IMG/VR virus record: IMGVR_UViG_2744054422_000002
Span: 29,022 to 93,021 of that record
Length of the DNA stretch: 64,000 nucleotides
Strand: one strand, 5' to 3'
Origin: a virus
Lineage: Duplodnaviria; Caudoviricetes
The notes below the pieces were generated by a model that saw only the letters and a program-made list of their open reading frames with translations, had not been told where the DNA came from and searched no databases. Position numbers and translations under genes: made by a program. Positions 8,612-18,232 of this stretch are shown in pieces (positions within the stretch are counted from its first letter, which is position 1; each line of letters opens with the position of its first letter).

Positions 8612-10237
8612 TCAGGCGATCGGGCAGGTGATGCCGAGCTGCTCGCCGGTGCGGCCGTCGGGGCAGACCGGCACGGTCACGACGCGCGCCTCCTGATTAC
8701 GGGTAATCAACGCACTGCACTCCTCGGTGAAAAGTGCCGTGTAGTCGTTCACGGAGAACTTCGTACTGTCATGAATTACCCCGAGGCTGATCTCGCCGCC
8801 TCGTCCGGCCTCGAACGTTCCCGCCGGGTAGATGAGGAACGGGATGCTGCTCGGCCAGTCGACGGCCGGGTTCGGGCCGCCGATCTCGGTGGGAACGGCC
8901 GGGTTGAGGCCGCGCGCCCACTGGATGGAGATGCCCAGCTCGGCGAAGGCGTTGATGACGTCCCGGGTGCTGATGTCGCTGATCGGCACGCCGTTCTGGC
9001 GGGCGATGTCCGCCAGGAACAGGTTGCGCGCCCACCAGGGGAAGACGACCTCGATGTTGATGTTCGCGCAGAGAGACAGCTTCTCCGTTAGGTCCGCCGC
9101 CTGGAGGGCGACGGCGGCGAACATGGCCGAGAACGCTCCGAACGTCGCCGTGATGGTGACGGCGGTCGACGCCGCGACGGCCTGCGTGAACAGCTCCTGG
9201 CGGATGCGGATCTCGTGCGCGACCATCGCGAGGGACTGGTAGTACGCCACCAGCTCCGGGAAGTGCCGCTGCGTCAGGATGCCGGACTCCAGGCAGGCGC
9301 CGATGGCCTCACAGCGGACCTCGACGGGGTCAGGGCAGGGGATGCGGAAGCACGGCTTGACGGCGCCGGAGATGTCGTCGGCCTCGGTGTGCACCCACGT
9401 CATCGCGGCGACGTCGAGCGACGGCATCGGGAAGTACCTGAGTCCGCCGCGCGCGAGCTGGATCTCCGGCAGGTCCCACAGCATCTCCGGGCAGGACATG
9501 CCGGTCAGCTCGTACACAGTCTCGGACGGCGCACACCATCCGCCGCTGGCCACGAGGTCGCCGCCGTTGAGGCGGGACTGGTCGCCGGCGAGGACGACGG
9601 CACGGGTGCCCTCGGTGCCCGAGGAGCTGTCGTTGACGATCAGCTGCTCGGGGAACGGCAGCCGGTACGAGGCGGTCAGACCGACGCCGCCGCCCGCCGT
9701 CTTGAGGGCGTTGGCGCGGCGGATGATGCCCTCGGTGACCCCGGCCATGTCGAGGGCCTGGCCCGGCTGGTAGCCGGGGACGTCGACGGAGGCGGTGATC
9801 TCCGGGCGCGGGTTCGGGTCGGCGGGCAGTACGCGCGGCTGGTGGGCGCGGACCCGGGACAGGTCCAGGGAGCGCCCCTTGACGGTGGCGGCCGCGGTGA
9901 CGGTCTCCTTGGCGGGCTCCGCCTCGACGGCGGGCTCGACGGCGGCCGGTTCGGCCGGCTCGACGGTGGCGGCCGTCTCGGGGTCATCGCCGCGCACGGT
10001 GGCGGCGAGGGCCTCGATCTCGGCGGCGGCCTTCTGCGCGGCCTCGATCCGCTCTGCCTTCTCCGCGCGGATGTTCTCGACCCCGGTGGCCAGCCCACGG
10101 AGCTGGACCAGGTCGTCGGTGGTGACGGTGCTGCTGCGCGACATCGCGTCGAACGCGTTGATCGCGCCATCGAGGAGGGCATCCAGCTCTTCGTCGTTGA
10201 GGACTGTGATGTCCTCGGGAAGCGAGAACTCTTCCAT
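8612..10237 (-). CDS. Major capsid hexamer protein (cluster B-like, with N-terminal scaffold/coiled region)
   Basis: ATG 10237 after GGAG; acidic Ala-rich N-terminus; ITASVDVPG, LVASGGWCAPSETVYEL, LPEIQLARGGL and GVIHDSTKFSVNDYTALFTEE motifs. Confidence 0.85.
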   Translation of the reverse strand: MEEFSLPEDITVLNDEELDALLDGAINAFDAMSRSSTVTTDDLVQLRGLATGVENIRAEKAERIEAAQKAAAEIEALAATVRGDDPETAATVEPAEPAAVEPAVEAEPAKETVTAAATVKGRSLDLSRVRAHQPRVLPADPNPRPEITASVDVPGYQPGQALDMAGVTEGIIRRANALKTAGGGVGLTASYRLPFPEQLIVNDSSSGTEGTRAVVLAGDQSRLNGGDLVASGGWCAPSETVYELTGMSCPEMLWDLPEIQLARGGLRYFPMPSLDVAAMTWVHTEADDISGAVKPCFRIPCPDPVEVRCEAIGACLESGILTQRHFPELVAYYQSLAMVAHEIRIRQELFTQAVAASTAVTITATFGAFSAMFAAVALQAADLTEKLSLCANINIEVVFPWWARNLFLADIARQNGVPISDISTRDVINAFAELGISIQWARGLNPAVPTEIGGPNPAVDWPSSIPFLIYPAGTFEAGRGGEISLGVIHDSTKFSVNDYTALFTEECSALITRNQEARVVTVPVCPDGRTGEQLGITCPIA

Positions 10238-10475
10238 GGGGTCGGTCTCCAAAAGATCGATCTTGGAGACCCGGCCCACAACCAGCGGTCGTCTGTGGAG
10301 ATAGTAGCCCGCTGCCCTGATGAGCGGCACGACCGCTGGTCAGCCTCAGCAATGTGCGGGTTGAGCTGGCAGACGCTGCGGCGCCATCTCCATGGAGCAC
10401 AAAGGGATACCGGCGGCCGCCAAGGCCTGAGAAAGTGATCTCTCACATGCGCACAGGGGGACGGAGTGACCGGCA

Positions 10476-11741
10476 GTGATCATCCTAGATTCGAACATAC
10501 TCAAGGGGATCTCTCTACGCGGCCCGGAAGCTGAACTACTGCGCACGATCCGAGCCTCCGGCGTCGAGCGGGTCGCCGCGCCATGGATCGTGTTCGAGGA
10601 ACTCGCCGCTCAACAAGCTCTGCTCTACGAAAAGAAGCACAAGGCTGCCGTCGATGCCATGACGGCCCTGCGCAAGGCCTCTCCTTGGGCCAACGTCACA
10701 CCCCCGGTGAAGGCTCCCCCGGAGCAGGCGCGGAACTACTGGCGCATGAGGTACGCCGATGTGGCGGAATCCCTCGACCCCAGCAAGAGGGTCTATGAAC
10801 AGGCGCTGTTCCGCGAAGCGAATCTGATCGCCCCTTGCAAAACGATCAACAACGGCGGCGACAAGACCGGAACCCGCGACGCCTCGATCTGGCTCACCGC
10901 CGTCGAATACGCCCAAGAGCATCCCCAGGAGACCGTCTACTTCGTGACCGACGACGATGACTTCTTCAGCGATAGAGCCACGGGATGCCTCGAGCCTCCT
11001 TTGGACGAGGATGTGGAAGCCTTCGGTCCACATTTCGTCGTCTTCACCTCGCTCGACGGCGTGGTCTCCAGACTCGCGACCGAAATCGAGGCTCCCGAGG
11101 ACGCCGTTCAAGGCATCCTGACAAAGCCACCTGCGGGTGAGGCTGTCGCCCGTTCCATGCGCCGAAGCGGCAACGGCTCCTTCGTGGCTACGGCTGTCCA
11201 GGCGGGGCAACGCCTGGTCAACGTTTCCGCCTCTGCGCGTTTCCTCACCGTTTTCTCCATCGCGCTGAGTTCCGTGACCGACATCCGCGGTTGGGAGATC
11301 TCCGGGCATAAGTGGTACACGGCGACGGCCCGCTGGCTGTTCTCGGGCTACGCGGCCACGCCGCAGCTTAAGATCCCTTTCTCCGTAGTCAGCTGGGCCT
11401 GGGAAACACGTGTCTTGGTCAGTTCTACAGCACCTGAGAAGGGGGTCACAGTTCTCCGAGGCATTGCCCTTTCCCCGATCTCACCTGACGACCTCCCGCA
11501 CCTCCCACCCACGTTCCGTTCCGGGATGACGACGGACTTGGAGAGTGCGCTGACCGAGATGTACGGCGGACTGTCTGAAGCGAATGAGCGGCTCGCCCGG
11601 GCCCTAACGACAATTGATTTGCCACAGCAGGCCCAACTCCTCGAACTCCTTGAGGGTCTGCGCCGTGGCGACGCCGCTGCAAAGAAGATCAACGAGCAGT
11701 TGCAGGGATCCCGCATCGCGCCTCTGGAAGACGATCACTGA
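10476..11741 (+). CDS. PIN-domain protein (DUF4935/PIN-like), candidate defence moron
   Basis: IILDSNIL...PWIVFEEL...GTRDASIWLTAVEY...VYFVTDD.DF acidic PIN core; antisense to the head genes. Confidence 0.8.
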   Translation: MIILDSNILKGISLRGPEAELLRTIRASGVERVAAPWIVFEELAAQQALLYEKKHKAAVDAMTALRKASPWANVTPPVKAPPEQARNYWRMRYADVAESLDPSKRVYEQALFREANLIAPCKTINNGGDKTGTRDASIWLTAVEYAQEHPQETVYFVTDDDDFFSDRATGCLEPPLDEDVEAFGPHFVVFTSLDGVVSRLATEIEAPEDAVQGILTKPPAGEAVARSMRRSGNGSFVATAVQAGQRLVNVSASARFLTVFSIALSSVTDIRGWEISGHKWYTATARWLFSGYAATPQLKIPFSVVSWAWETRVLVSSTAPEKGVTVLRGIALSPISPDDLPHLPPTFRSGMTTDLESALTEMYGGLSEANERLARALTTIDLPQQAQLLELLEGLRRGDAAAKKINEQLQGSRIAPLEDDH

Positions 11742-11771
11742 CCGGCGAACACGCATGTGTTGCGCGAATCG

Positions 11772-11806
11772 CTGTGGCGGGCCCGGTCAAGGAGGGCCCG
11801 CCACAG
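11772..11806. terminator. Terminator-like hairpin
   Basis: CTGTGGCGGGCCC...GGGCCCGCCACAG inverted repeat between convergent genes. Confidence 0.7.
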
Positions 11807-11811
11807 CCGTG

Positions 11812-12003
11812 TCAACTGGTCTTGCCGGACGTCCCAGTGGCGTTCTTCGGCGGAACCTCACGGATGGTGCTCCCGGCGTAGCGCTTGCCGACCGTCTCGG
11901 CGGTCGGCTTGCTGCCCGAGGAGAACACCACCTTCTCCTTCCCGTCGGTGGTGACGACGACCTCGAACCGGGTCTTGTTGCTCCCGTTGCAGGCACATCC
12001 CAT
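11812..12003 (-). CDS. Small basic phage head-module protein (MGCAC N-terminus)
   Basis: 63 aa, starts immediately after the protease stop, with RBS GGAG; typical small gene between protease and capsid genes in actinophages. Confidence 0.7.
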   Translation of the reverse strand: MGCACNGSNKTRFEVVVTTDGKEKVVFSSGSKPTAETVGKRYAGSTIREVPPKNATGTSGKTS

Positions 12004-12004
12004 T

Positions 12005-15000
12005 TCAGATCACTCCGTTCTGTGCGGCGACGGTGACGGTGGCGGACTGCTGGGCGACGAGGGCGACCATGGCCTCGATCTCGGCGCGGCGTTCGTCCTG
12101 GCGCCGGGTCACGGCGTCGGCGATCAGGTCGATGAGGGGCCCGCCGGCGAGGGCTGTCGCGAGGGCCTCGGCGTCCACGGACGCCATCGAGGAGGGCGCA
12201 ACGTCCGGACGCTGTCCGGATGCGGTGTCCGGACGCTGTCCGGGCAGGTCAGCGATGGTCCCCGTCGAGCTCGCGGACACGGGCCGGACGCCGTCCGGAT
12301 GGGCATCCGGGCTCTGTCCGGACGGGTCGTCCGTGACGGGCAGGAGGCCCGCCGCGGAGGCCGCGAGCGCCAGGTTCGACCGCTCGGCCACGGCGGGCAG
12401 CGCGGCCAGGAGCGGCGAGGAGTGGCCTGGCACCGGCACGGTCAGCACTGCGCGGAGCTGCCACTGGCCGCCGTTGCCCTGCCGCAGGTGGTACGACGGC
12501 TGGCATGCGGCGAACACCGCGCGGTCCCACTCGCTCAACCATGGGGCTGCCGCGCCGCTGAACCACAGGCCCCCGTCGTTCATGCCGACGGTGACGATCG
12601 CGCCGACCGTCCTGGTGTCGTCGAACTGGCAGGAGGCGGTCTCGCACTCGGCGCCGTCGCGGTGGTGGCCGACGTTCATGGTCATCGCCCCGGCCTTGAT
12701 GAACGAGCCGTCGTCGAGCGCGAACCGGGCCCGCAGGAAGTGCGTGAGGTCGAGCGTGCCGAGGGACTCGATCGTCAGCTTCTTCCCGGGGTAGCCCGCG
12801 TGGGGCTCACCGGCCTGGGCGACCCACCCGTACACGCGGCCGTCCTTGTAGTGGACGCCGCCGCTGCCGGGCGGGAGTTCCTCGGCGGTCGGCTCGGCGA
12901 ACCAGGCGGCGGGCATCGGGTCGAGGCCCTGCAGAGCCGTCCACGCGGACGCCTCCAGCTCTCGCAGGCCGCCCGAGGTGGTCTCTTCGTCGTCCTCGTA
13001 CCCAGGCAGGTCGAGGTCCCCGGACATCGCGGCGCTGATCTCCCCCTCGGGCATGGACGACGGGCCGCAGAACAAACCCGGGGAGAGTTTGACGATCCGG
13101 CCGTCCTTCGCCGCGCCGTTGAGGTGCCCGCGCGCCGTGCTCATGGCGATGCCGAGAGCGCGGGCCACGTCGCGGGCGCCGACGGCCGCCGGGGAGGTGA
13201 TCACGTAGACGACCACGCGGTCTCGAGTCTCGCCCGCCGCGGTGATGGTCGGTACTGGCGCGGCGGCGGTCTCGTCGATCGGGTCGAGAACGATCCGCGC
13301 GTCCTTGAACGCGGGCATCGACACGAGGGTCGCGCCGCGCAGGCGGGCGCGGGTGATGCGGACGAGGAACTCGCCGGATTTCTGCTCGTAGACGACGAGG
13401 CCCTTTTCCGGGTCGTCGGCGTCGCCGGCGGCCGCGGTGAGGACGCCGGTCCCGGCGAACGTGTCCCGGATAACGCTCGCGGTCAGCGCGCCGTCCGGGC
13501 CGGTGATCAGCTGGAGGTCGTAGCGTGAGCGGGAGATCGCGCCGTCCGATGCGGTCCACTCCGCACGGGTCGACGCGGACAGCATCATCGAGCCGTCCTC
13601 CATCGGCAGCACCGAGGCGTGCGGCAGACGCGCGGACGCGAACAGCCAGGCCGCGTCCTCCGGGTCGAGGGTCTTGTCGACGAACTCGATGTCGACGTCG
13701 TCCAGGTCGACGGAGATGCCGAGCGGGGCGCCCTCGTCCAAGAGCTGGATGGCGTCGGCACCGGCCGGCCTGGTCGCGTACAGCGGGCCCGTGGCGGTGA
13801 TGCGCTGGCCGTCCCGCTTCACCGTCTTGATGGCCCCTGCGAGTTCGGCGCCCTGGTGGCCCATGAGCATCTCGTCGGCGTACTGGAGCGGCATGGGCTT
13901 GCGGTCCCACTTCAGGGCGCCCTTGGCGAAGATCCTGCCGTCGCCGGTCTCCTGGTCCTCGAAAGCGATCGCACAGTCGTCGGGCGTCGACCATGTGCGT
14001 ACCGCCAGCATCGGTGCTTCCTGAACGTCGGTGGCCACAAGCTCCTCCTGGGGGCCGAGGGGGATGTCGGTGTGCTCGTCTCCGAAAGCGACGCGCACCC
14101 GGTCGAAAGTGATCGGGCCGACACGCTCGCCCATGGGCTCGTACGGCCACGCCTCGTCCGTGTACGCGGCACACACATGGGCGGTCCAAGGCGAGTGCTG
14201 GCGGGGCACGTCCGGGTGGTGGGTGTCCTCCAGCGCCGCGGTGGCGGCGTACCGGGCGTCGCCGATCGTCGGATCGTGGTCGGCGCGGTCCCGGTCGTCG
14301 CTGATGGTCCACACCCAGGACGGCTTGTCGGTGTCGGTGTTCCAGTGCGCTGCGCCCGTGACGTGGCCTTGGATCGGCTGGCCGAGGTCGGACAGCGCCG
14401 CCTCGAAGGCGCGGATGAACTCGCTGCGCTCGCCCTCGCTCCACTTGCTGGCGTCGTCGCCGAGGAAGAACAGCGTGCAGTGGATCTCCTCCGCTGCCTC
14501 GCCGCCGTCGAGGGCGAGACGGGCTGCGTCGTCTTCGGTGGGCAGGAGGGCGATCATCGCGCCCATGAGGTGACTCCCATCGCCCGCGGCCGTACGGCCA
14601 TCGGGCCTTACTTCTGAAATCCCGGCCGCTGGCGCCCCCTGAGATTCGTTGGCGGCGGCCGTGGTCTCGGGATGGACTGCGAGGATGCACCGGCAGTTCA
14701 CGCACTGCGAGGCGGGGGCTGTCGGATCGTGAGGGGCGTCCATCTTCACGCCCCCGACGCTGAACTGTTCGTCCAGGAGGCGGATCTGCCCGTCGACGCG
14801 GGCGTGGTCCTCACGCACCCGGTCGTCGTGCCGGGTGAGCCACTGCTTGACGATCGGCGCGGGGCTGCCTGTGGCGTCCCTGGCTGCGCCGAGGGTGGCC
14901 GTGTTCCACGCTCTACCGGCCTCAGTACGGGCGATGCGCTCCTCGCGGGCCTCACCGAGCTGGGCGCCCTCGCGGGTGAACCGCTCGCGGAGCCGGGCAC

Positions 15001-15436
15001 GGAGCTGCTCGATGTCCTCCCCTGCGTCGACACCGGCGGCCAGCTCCTCGCGGGCGGCCTCGGCGAGGCGGTCGCCGACGGCGCGCAGCAGGTGTTCCGT
15101 GACGTCGACGTAGTCGCTCATCGCTGGGGGCAGGTCGCGGCCGTCGTCGTACCGGCCGGGGAGGTCGTCCCACTCGGGCGGCAGCTCGCTGTCGGTGGCC
15201 TGGGCGGTGTGGTCGGCGGCCTGCTCGGAGACGCGGAGGAGGCGGCGAACGATGCGCGGCATCCGGTCGGTGAACATGCGGGCGATGCGGGAGACGGAGA
15301 AGCGGGCGGCGACCAGTTCGGTGGCGTCGGCGAGCTGTTGGGCGAACTCGTCGGCGACCTCGGTGAGGACGGCGCTGACCTCTTCGGCGACGGTTTCCTC
15401 GGCGTCGTCCAGGAGCTGGAGCAGCTCGTCATCCAT
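12005..15436 (-). CDS. MuF-like minor head protein / 2H-phosphoesterase / capsid maturation protease fusion
   Basis: Start MDDELLQLL (ATG 15436, RBS GGAG). MuF motif RIARTEAGRAWN..KQWLTRHDDRVREDH..CVNCRC; 2H motifs HCTLFFLG and HVCAAY; protease-like ETGDGRIF..GATLVSMPAF; winged-HTH-like insertion. Confidence 0.8.
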   Translation of the reverse strand: MDDELLQLLDDAEETVAEEVSAVLTEVADEFAQQLADATELVAARFSVSRIARMFTDRMPRIVRRLLRVSEQAADHTAQATDSELPPEWDDLPGRYDDGRDLPPAMSDYVDVTEHLLRAVGDRLAEAAREELAAGVDAGEDIEQLRARLRERFTREGAQLGEAREERIARTEAGRAWNTATLGAARDATGSPAPIVKQWLTRHDDRVREDHARVDGQIRLLDEQFSVGGVKMDAPHDPTAPASQCVNCRCILAVHPETTAAANESQGAPAAGISEVRPDGRTAAGDGSHLMGAMIALLPTEDDAARLALDGGEAAEEIHCTLFFLGDDASKWSEGERSEFIRAFEAALSDLGQPIQGHVTGAAHWNTDTDKPSWVWTISDDRDRADHDPTIGDARYAATAALEDTHHPDVPRQHSPWTAHVCAAYTDEAWPYEPMGERVGPITFDRVRVAFGDEHTDIPLGPQEELVATDVQEAPMLAVRTWSTPDDCAIAFEDQETGDGRIFAKGALKWDRKPMPLQYADEMLMGHQGAELAGAIKTVKRDGQRITATGPLYATRPAGADAIQLLDEGAPLGISVDLDDVDIEFVDKTLDPEDAAWLFASARLPHASVLPMEDGSMMLSASTRAEWTASDGAISRSRYDLQLITGPDGALTASVIRDTFAGTGVLTAAAGDADDPEKGLVVYEQKSGEFLVRITRARLRGATLVSMPAFKDARIVLDPIDETAAAPVPTITAAGETRDRVVVYVITSPAAVGARDVARALGIAMSTARGHLNGAAKDGRIVKLSPGLFCGPSSMPEGEISAAMSGDLDLPGYEDDEETTSGGLRELEASAWTALQGLDPMPAAWFAEPTAEELPPGSGGVHYKDGRVYGWVAQAGEPHAGYPGKKLTIESLGTLDLTHFLRARFALDDGSFIKAGAMTMNVGHHRDGAECETASCQFDDTRTVGAIVTVGMNDGGLWFSGAAAPWLSEWDRAVFAACQPSYHLRQGNGGQWQLRAVLTVPVPGHSSPLLAALPAVAERSNLALAASAAGLLPVTDDPSGQSPDAHPDGVRPVSASSTGTIADLPGQRPDTASGQRPDVAPSSMASVDAEALATALAGGPLIDLIADAVTRRQDERRAEIEAMVALVAQQSATVTVAAQNGVI

Positions 15437-15671
15437 GGGCGCTCGTCTCCTCTCCGTCGCTGCTGGGGTGCGTCGCCCGGTCCGGGGCCGCGCTCTCGTC
15501 GACCGCCTCGTTGTCGCGCTGCCGCCAGGCCAGGAGTTCCTCCCACACCTCTCGGCCGGGACAGCGGGAGCACCAGCCGAACGCGCGGTGTCCGGCGCGG
15601 GAGTGCCCGGGCGGCGCGACGTGCAGCTTCGGCGACTCCTCGCTCGTCGGGTCGTCAGTGGCGTCGCACAC
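15429..15671 (-). CDS. Small hypothetical protein (CxxC)
   Basis: GTG 15671 with RBS GGAGGA; WCSRCPG motif; overlaps the next gene start. Confidence 0.55.
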   Translation of the reverse strand: MCDATDDPTSEESPKLHVAPPGHSRAGHRAFGWCSRCPGREVWEELLAWRQRDNEAVDESAAPDRATHPSSDGEETSAHG

Positions 15672-15962
15672 GGTTGTCCTCCTGGCCGTCGGGGTCGTCG
15701 CAGATTTCGCATGCCGTCCAGGTGCCGACGACGGACACACCGTCAGGCGTGAGCATGAGGACGTCGCCGGTGAGGCGGGTATTGGCCTTGCAGGTGGGGC
15801 ACCAGTCCTCGCAGGCCGGGCCCGGGGTGACGTGGTCAGGGGCGGGGTGTCGGCCACGGTGGTGCTCCCTCGCTGGGATTTCATGAGGCCGCCTCCCTGC
15901 CAGGCCGCGATGAACTCCTTCGCCTGGTGGTGGCGCACGGGAACGACGTGCAGGCCAGTCAT
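15655..15962 (-). pseudogene. Deletion remnant: XF1762/Mom-like N-terminus joined to a start-less CxxC...CxxC ORF
   Basis: MTGLHVVPVRHHQAKEFIAAW resembles XF1762-family N-termini but diverges after ~21 aa; another frame reads WCPTCKANTRLTGDVLMLTPDGVSVVGTWTACEICDD with no in-frame start. Confidence 0.4.
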
Positions 15963-17710
15963 GCCGCGAGCCTCAGGCAGGAGGTGACGACGGCGGGCAC
16001 GACGTCGTAGGAGTGCTCGATACCGGCGGCGATGAGTTCGCGGGCGTAGGCGTCGAGCGCGGCGGTGAGACAGGCCGGGTCGAGGCTGTACCGCTTGGCG
16101 ATCTCGGGGACGCGGGACCAGGCGCCATCGAGGAGGCGGTACTGCTCGACCTGGCCGGGCTCGACTCTGATCTCGGTGTGCAGGGCGGCGGCTTGGATCT
16201 CACGGGCTCGGGCGCGCTCGCTGCGGGGGCAGGCGGGGGTGCGGATCAGCTTGTCGCCGGCTGAGGAGAGCGCGGCCCAGATCAGGCCGTCTGCGGCAGC
16301 GAGGAGTCCGGCGCTGGGCGCGGGGCGGCCGGAGGCGGGCAGGGAGTCGGGTTCTTCCTGTGTCTCGTCGACCGGGAGGTCGGGCTTCGGGCGAGGCGCG
16401 TTCTCGTCCTGGCCCTGGTCCTGTTGCTGGTCATTGACGGGCTGCCTTGCGCGGGCGTTCCGCTCCTCCTCGGTGGGGGCGTCGGACTCCTCGAAGCCGG
16501 TCTCGCGGCGCAGGGCTTCGGCGCTGATGACGCCTCGGTCGTACGCCTGCAGGGCGGTCTCCGAGCGGTTGGTGCGCACGCGGAGTCCGGCTGTGTCGTA
16601 CCAGACGAGCCAGCGGTGCCAGTCCTCGACGTTCTCGGCCTGGAGGAGGGGGCGCAGCCACTGCTGTGTGAGGGCGTGGCACACGGTCTGGAGCTTGGGC
16701 TCGATGCCCATGCGGATGGCCTCGGACGTCAGCATCCAGGCACCCCAATGATTGGTGTCGCCCATGCCGAGGAGGAGTTCGCCGGGGATCTCCAGGCCCG
16801 TGGCGAACCGTTTGATCGCCTCTTCGCGCAGCTTCAGCGCCAGTTCGTCGAAGTTGCTCTCGAACGTGAGGAGCTTGAAGTCGGCGATCGAGTCCGCGGG
16901 CACTTCCAGGACGATCGGGACGGTGGCCGCCGCGCTCTCGGGCTCGCGGATCGCCGTCTCGGCGATCATCATCAGGACTTCGATCAGGTCGTCCTCGGCG
17001 TCGCCCTGGCCCGGCCGGGTCGGGAAGCGCGTGCCCTTGGGGACGAGGAGGATGCCGCGCCCGGTGAGTCTTGACCTCGCGATGGCCTTGACGGCGGCGT
17101 TCAGCAGGAGCAGTTCTTCGAGCAGGTCGATGCTGGCGCGTACGGGACTGTCGGCCTCGATGGCGCGCTCGGGGTCGGGTTCCCACACGCGGAGGGCGAC
17201 GGGTGAGTCCGGGTCGAGGGTCTCCTCGTCGCCGGGCGGGATCTCGACGTCGTCCCCGTCGATCTCGGCGGTGAGCTTGCCGGACTTCTGGCTGACCTCG
17301 CGGGTGGACAGCACCCGCCAGTCGTGGCCGTCCTCGGGGACGTCGGGGCTGAGGACTTCGCCGTTGGGGCGGACGACGATCCACCCTTCGCCCGGCACTG
17401 TCAGGTGCTTGCCGAAGGCGCCAAGCATTTTGACCTGGCCGTCGGGGCCACCTGCGATCTGCTGGACGATCTCCGAGGCGCGGTGGTTGTCGGGGGCGGG
17501 CTCGATCGTGCCGTCGTCGGCGCGGCGGCCCGCGTACAGGGTGGCGCCGGCCATGCCGTTGGCCATGTACGTCGCGGCGAAGCGGACTTCGGGGACGGCG
17601 TGGTACAGCTGCCAGGCCCGGGTCTGCCATCCCTGGTCGGTGGCGGCCTTGACGGCGCGGACCTTCCGGTTGACGTATCGGGAGGCCGAGGCGGTCAGTG
17701 AGGTCGTCAC
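15959..17710 (-). CDS. Phage portal protein (cluster B-like)
   Basis: AWQLYHAVPEVRFA, HLTVPGEGWIV, RVWEPDP...ADSPVR, RSRLTGRGILLVP and LLGMGDTNHWGAW motifs; sits upstream of MuF/protease. Confidence 0.85.
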   Translation of the reverse strand: MTTSLTASASRYVNRKVRAVKAATDQGWQTRAWQLYHAVPEVRFAATYMANGMAGATLYAGRRADDGTIEPAPDNHRASEIVQQIAGGPDGQVKMLGAFGKHLTVPGEGWIVVRPNGEVLSPDVPEDGHDWRVLSTREVSQKSGKLTAEIDGDDVEIPPGDEETLDPDSPVALRVWEPDPERAIEADSPVRASIDLLEELLLLNAAVKAIARSRLTGRGILLVPKGTRFPTRPGQGDAEDDLIEVLMMIAETAIREPESAAATVPIVLEVPADSIADFKLLTFESNFDELALKLREEAIKRFATGLEIPGELLLGMGDTNHWGAWMLTSEAIRMGIEPKLQTVCHALTQQWLRPLLQAENVEDWHRWLVWYDTAGLRVRTNRSETALQAYDRGVISAEALRRETGFEESDAPTEEERNARARQPVNDQQQDQGQDENAPRPKPDLPVDETQEEPDSLPASGRPAPSAGLLAAADGLIWAALSSAGDKLIRTPACPRSERARAREIQAAALHTEIRVEPGQVEQYRLLDGAWSRVPEIAKRYSLDPACLTAALDAYARELIAAGIEHSYDVVPAVVTSCLRLAA

Positions 17711-18048
17711 TTACCCACCTCGCCGAGGGCGTCGTCGACCCGGTTCAGGAGGACGGCCGCGCCCGCGACGGCGAGCCACTCGACGCCGTGGACGAGGAGC
17801 GGGGCGTCATGGAACTGACCGGAGACGAGGAGCCAGGTCGTGAGGAGCGCGCCGCATACCCACCAGCCGGAGCAGTACACGCAGCTGATGAGCGTCACCA
17901 GGGCCGTGCGGATCTTCGCGTCGATGTTGCGGCTGTGCCAGGTGAACAGCCGGTCACGGGGGGCGTCCAGGATCGAGTCATGGACGACGAGTTGCGTGCC
18001 GCGATAGCCGGCAGCGGCCAGGACGGCGAGCTCGGGAATGCTGATCAT
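17707..18048 (-). CDS. DUF1360-like membrane protein (holin-like)
   Basis: YRGTQLVVHDSILD and LISCVYCSGWW motifs; hydrophobic helices; coupled to the portal gene. Confidence 0.75.
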   Translation of the reverse strand: MISIPELAVLAAAGYRGTQLVVHDSILDAPRDRLFTWHSRNIDAKIRTALVTLISCVYCSGWWVCGALLTTWLLVSGQFHDAPLLVHGVEWLAVAGAAVLLNRVDDALGEVGK

Positions 18049-18232
18049 GTCCGCCCCTTGCAGAGGATCTTGCGATTGCGAGCGGGCACTATAGAGCATT
18101 CGGCGCAAATGGTTCCTTTGTTGATCTTTCTTCATGGATATCTGCGGCAACAGAGATCAAAAGGGGTGCGGGAGCACGCTCAAACTTGGGATCCTCGCGG
18201 TCACGGCAAACTCCGACCACGAGGACCAAGCG

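Noticed and set aside
10317-10345. CTGATGAG followed by a short stem on the + strand, resembling a hammerhead ribozyme core
   Set aside because: The required GAAA after stem II is absent (TGGT instead); the structure is better explained as the capsid leader.
15437-15712. N-terminal extensions given by the ORF track for MuF/protease (also for capsid, terS, ParB and hsdM)
   Set aside because: Downstream starts have clear RBSs or translational coupling, and the extensions overlap other genes or leaders.
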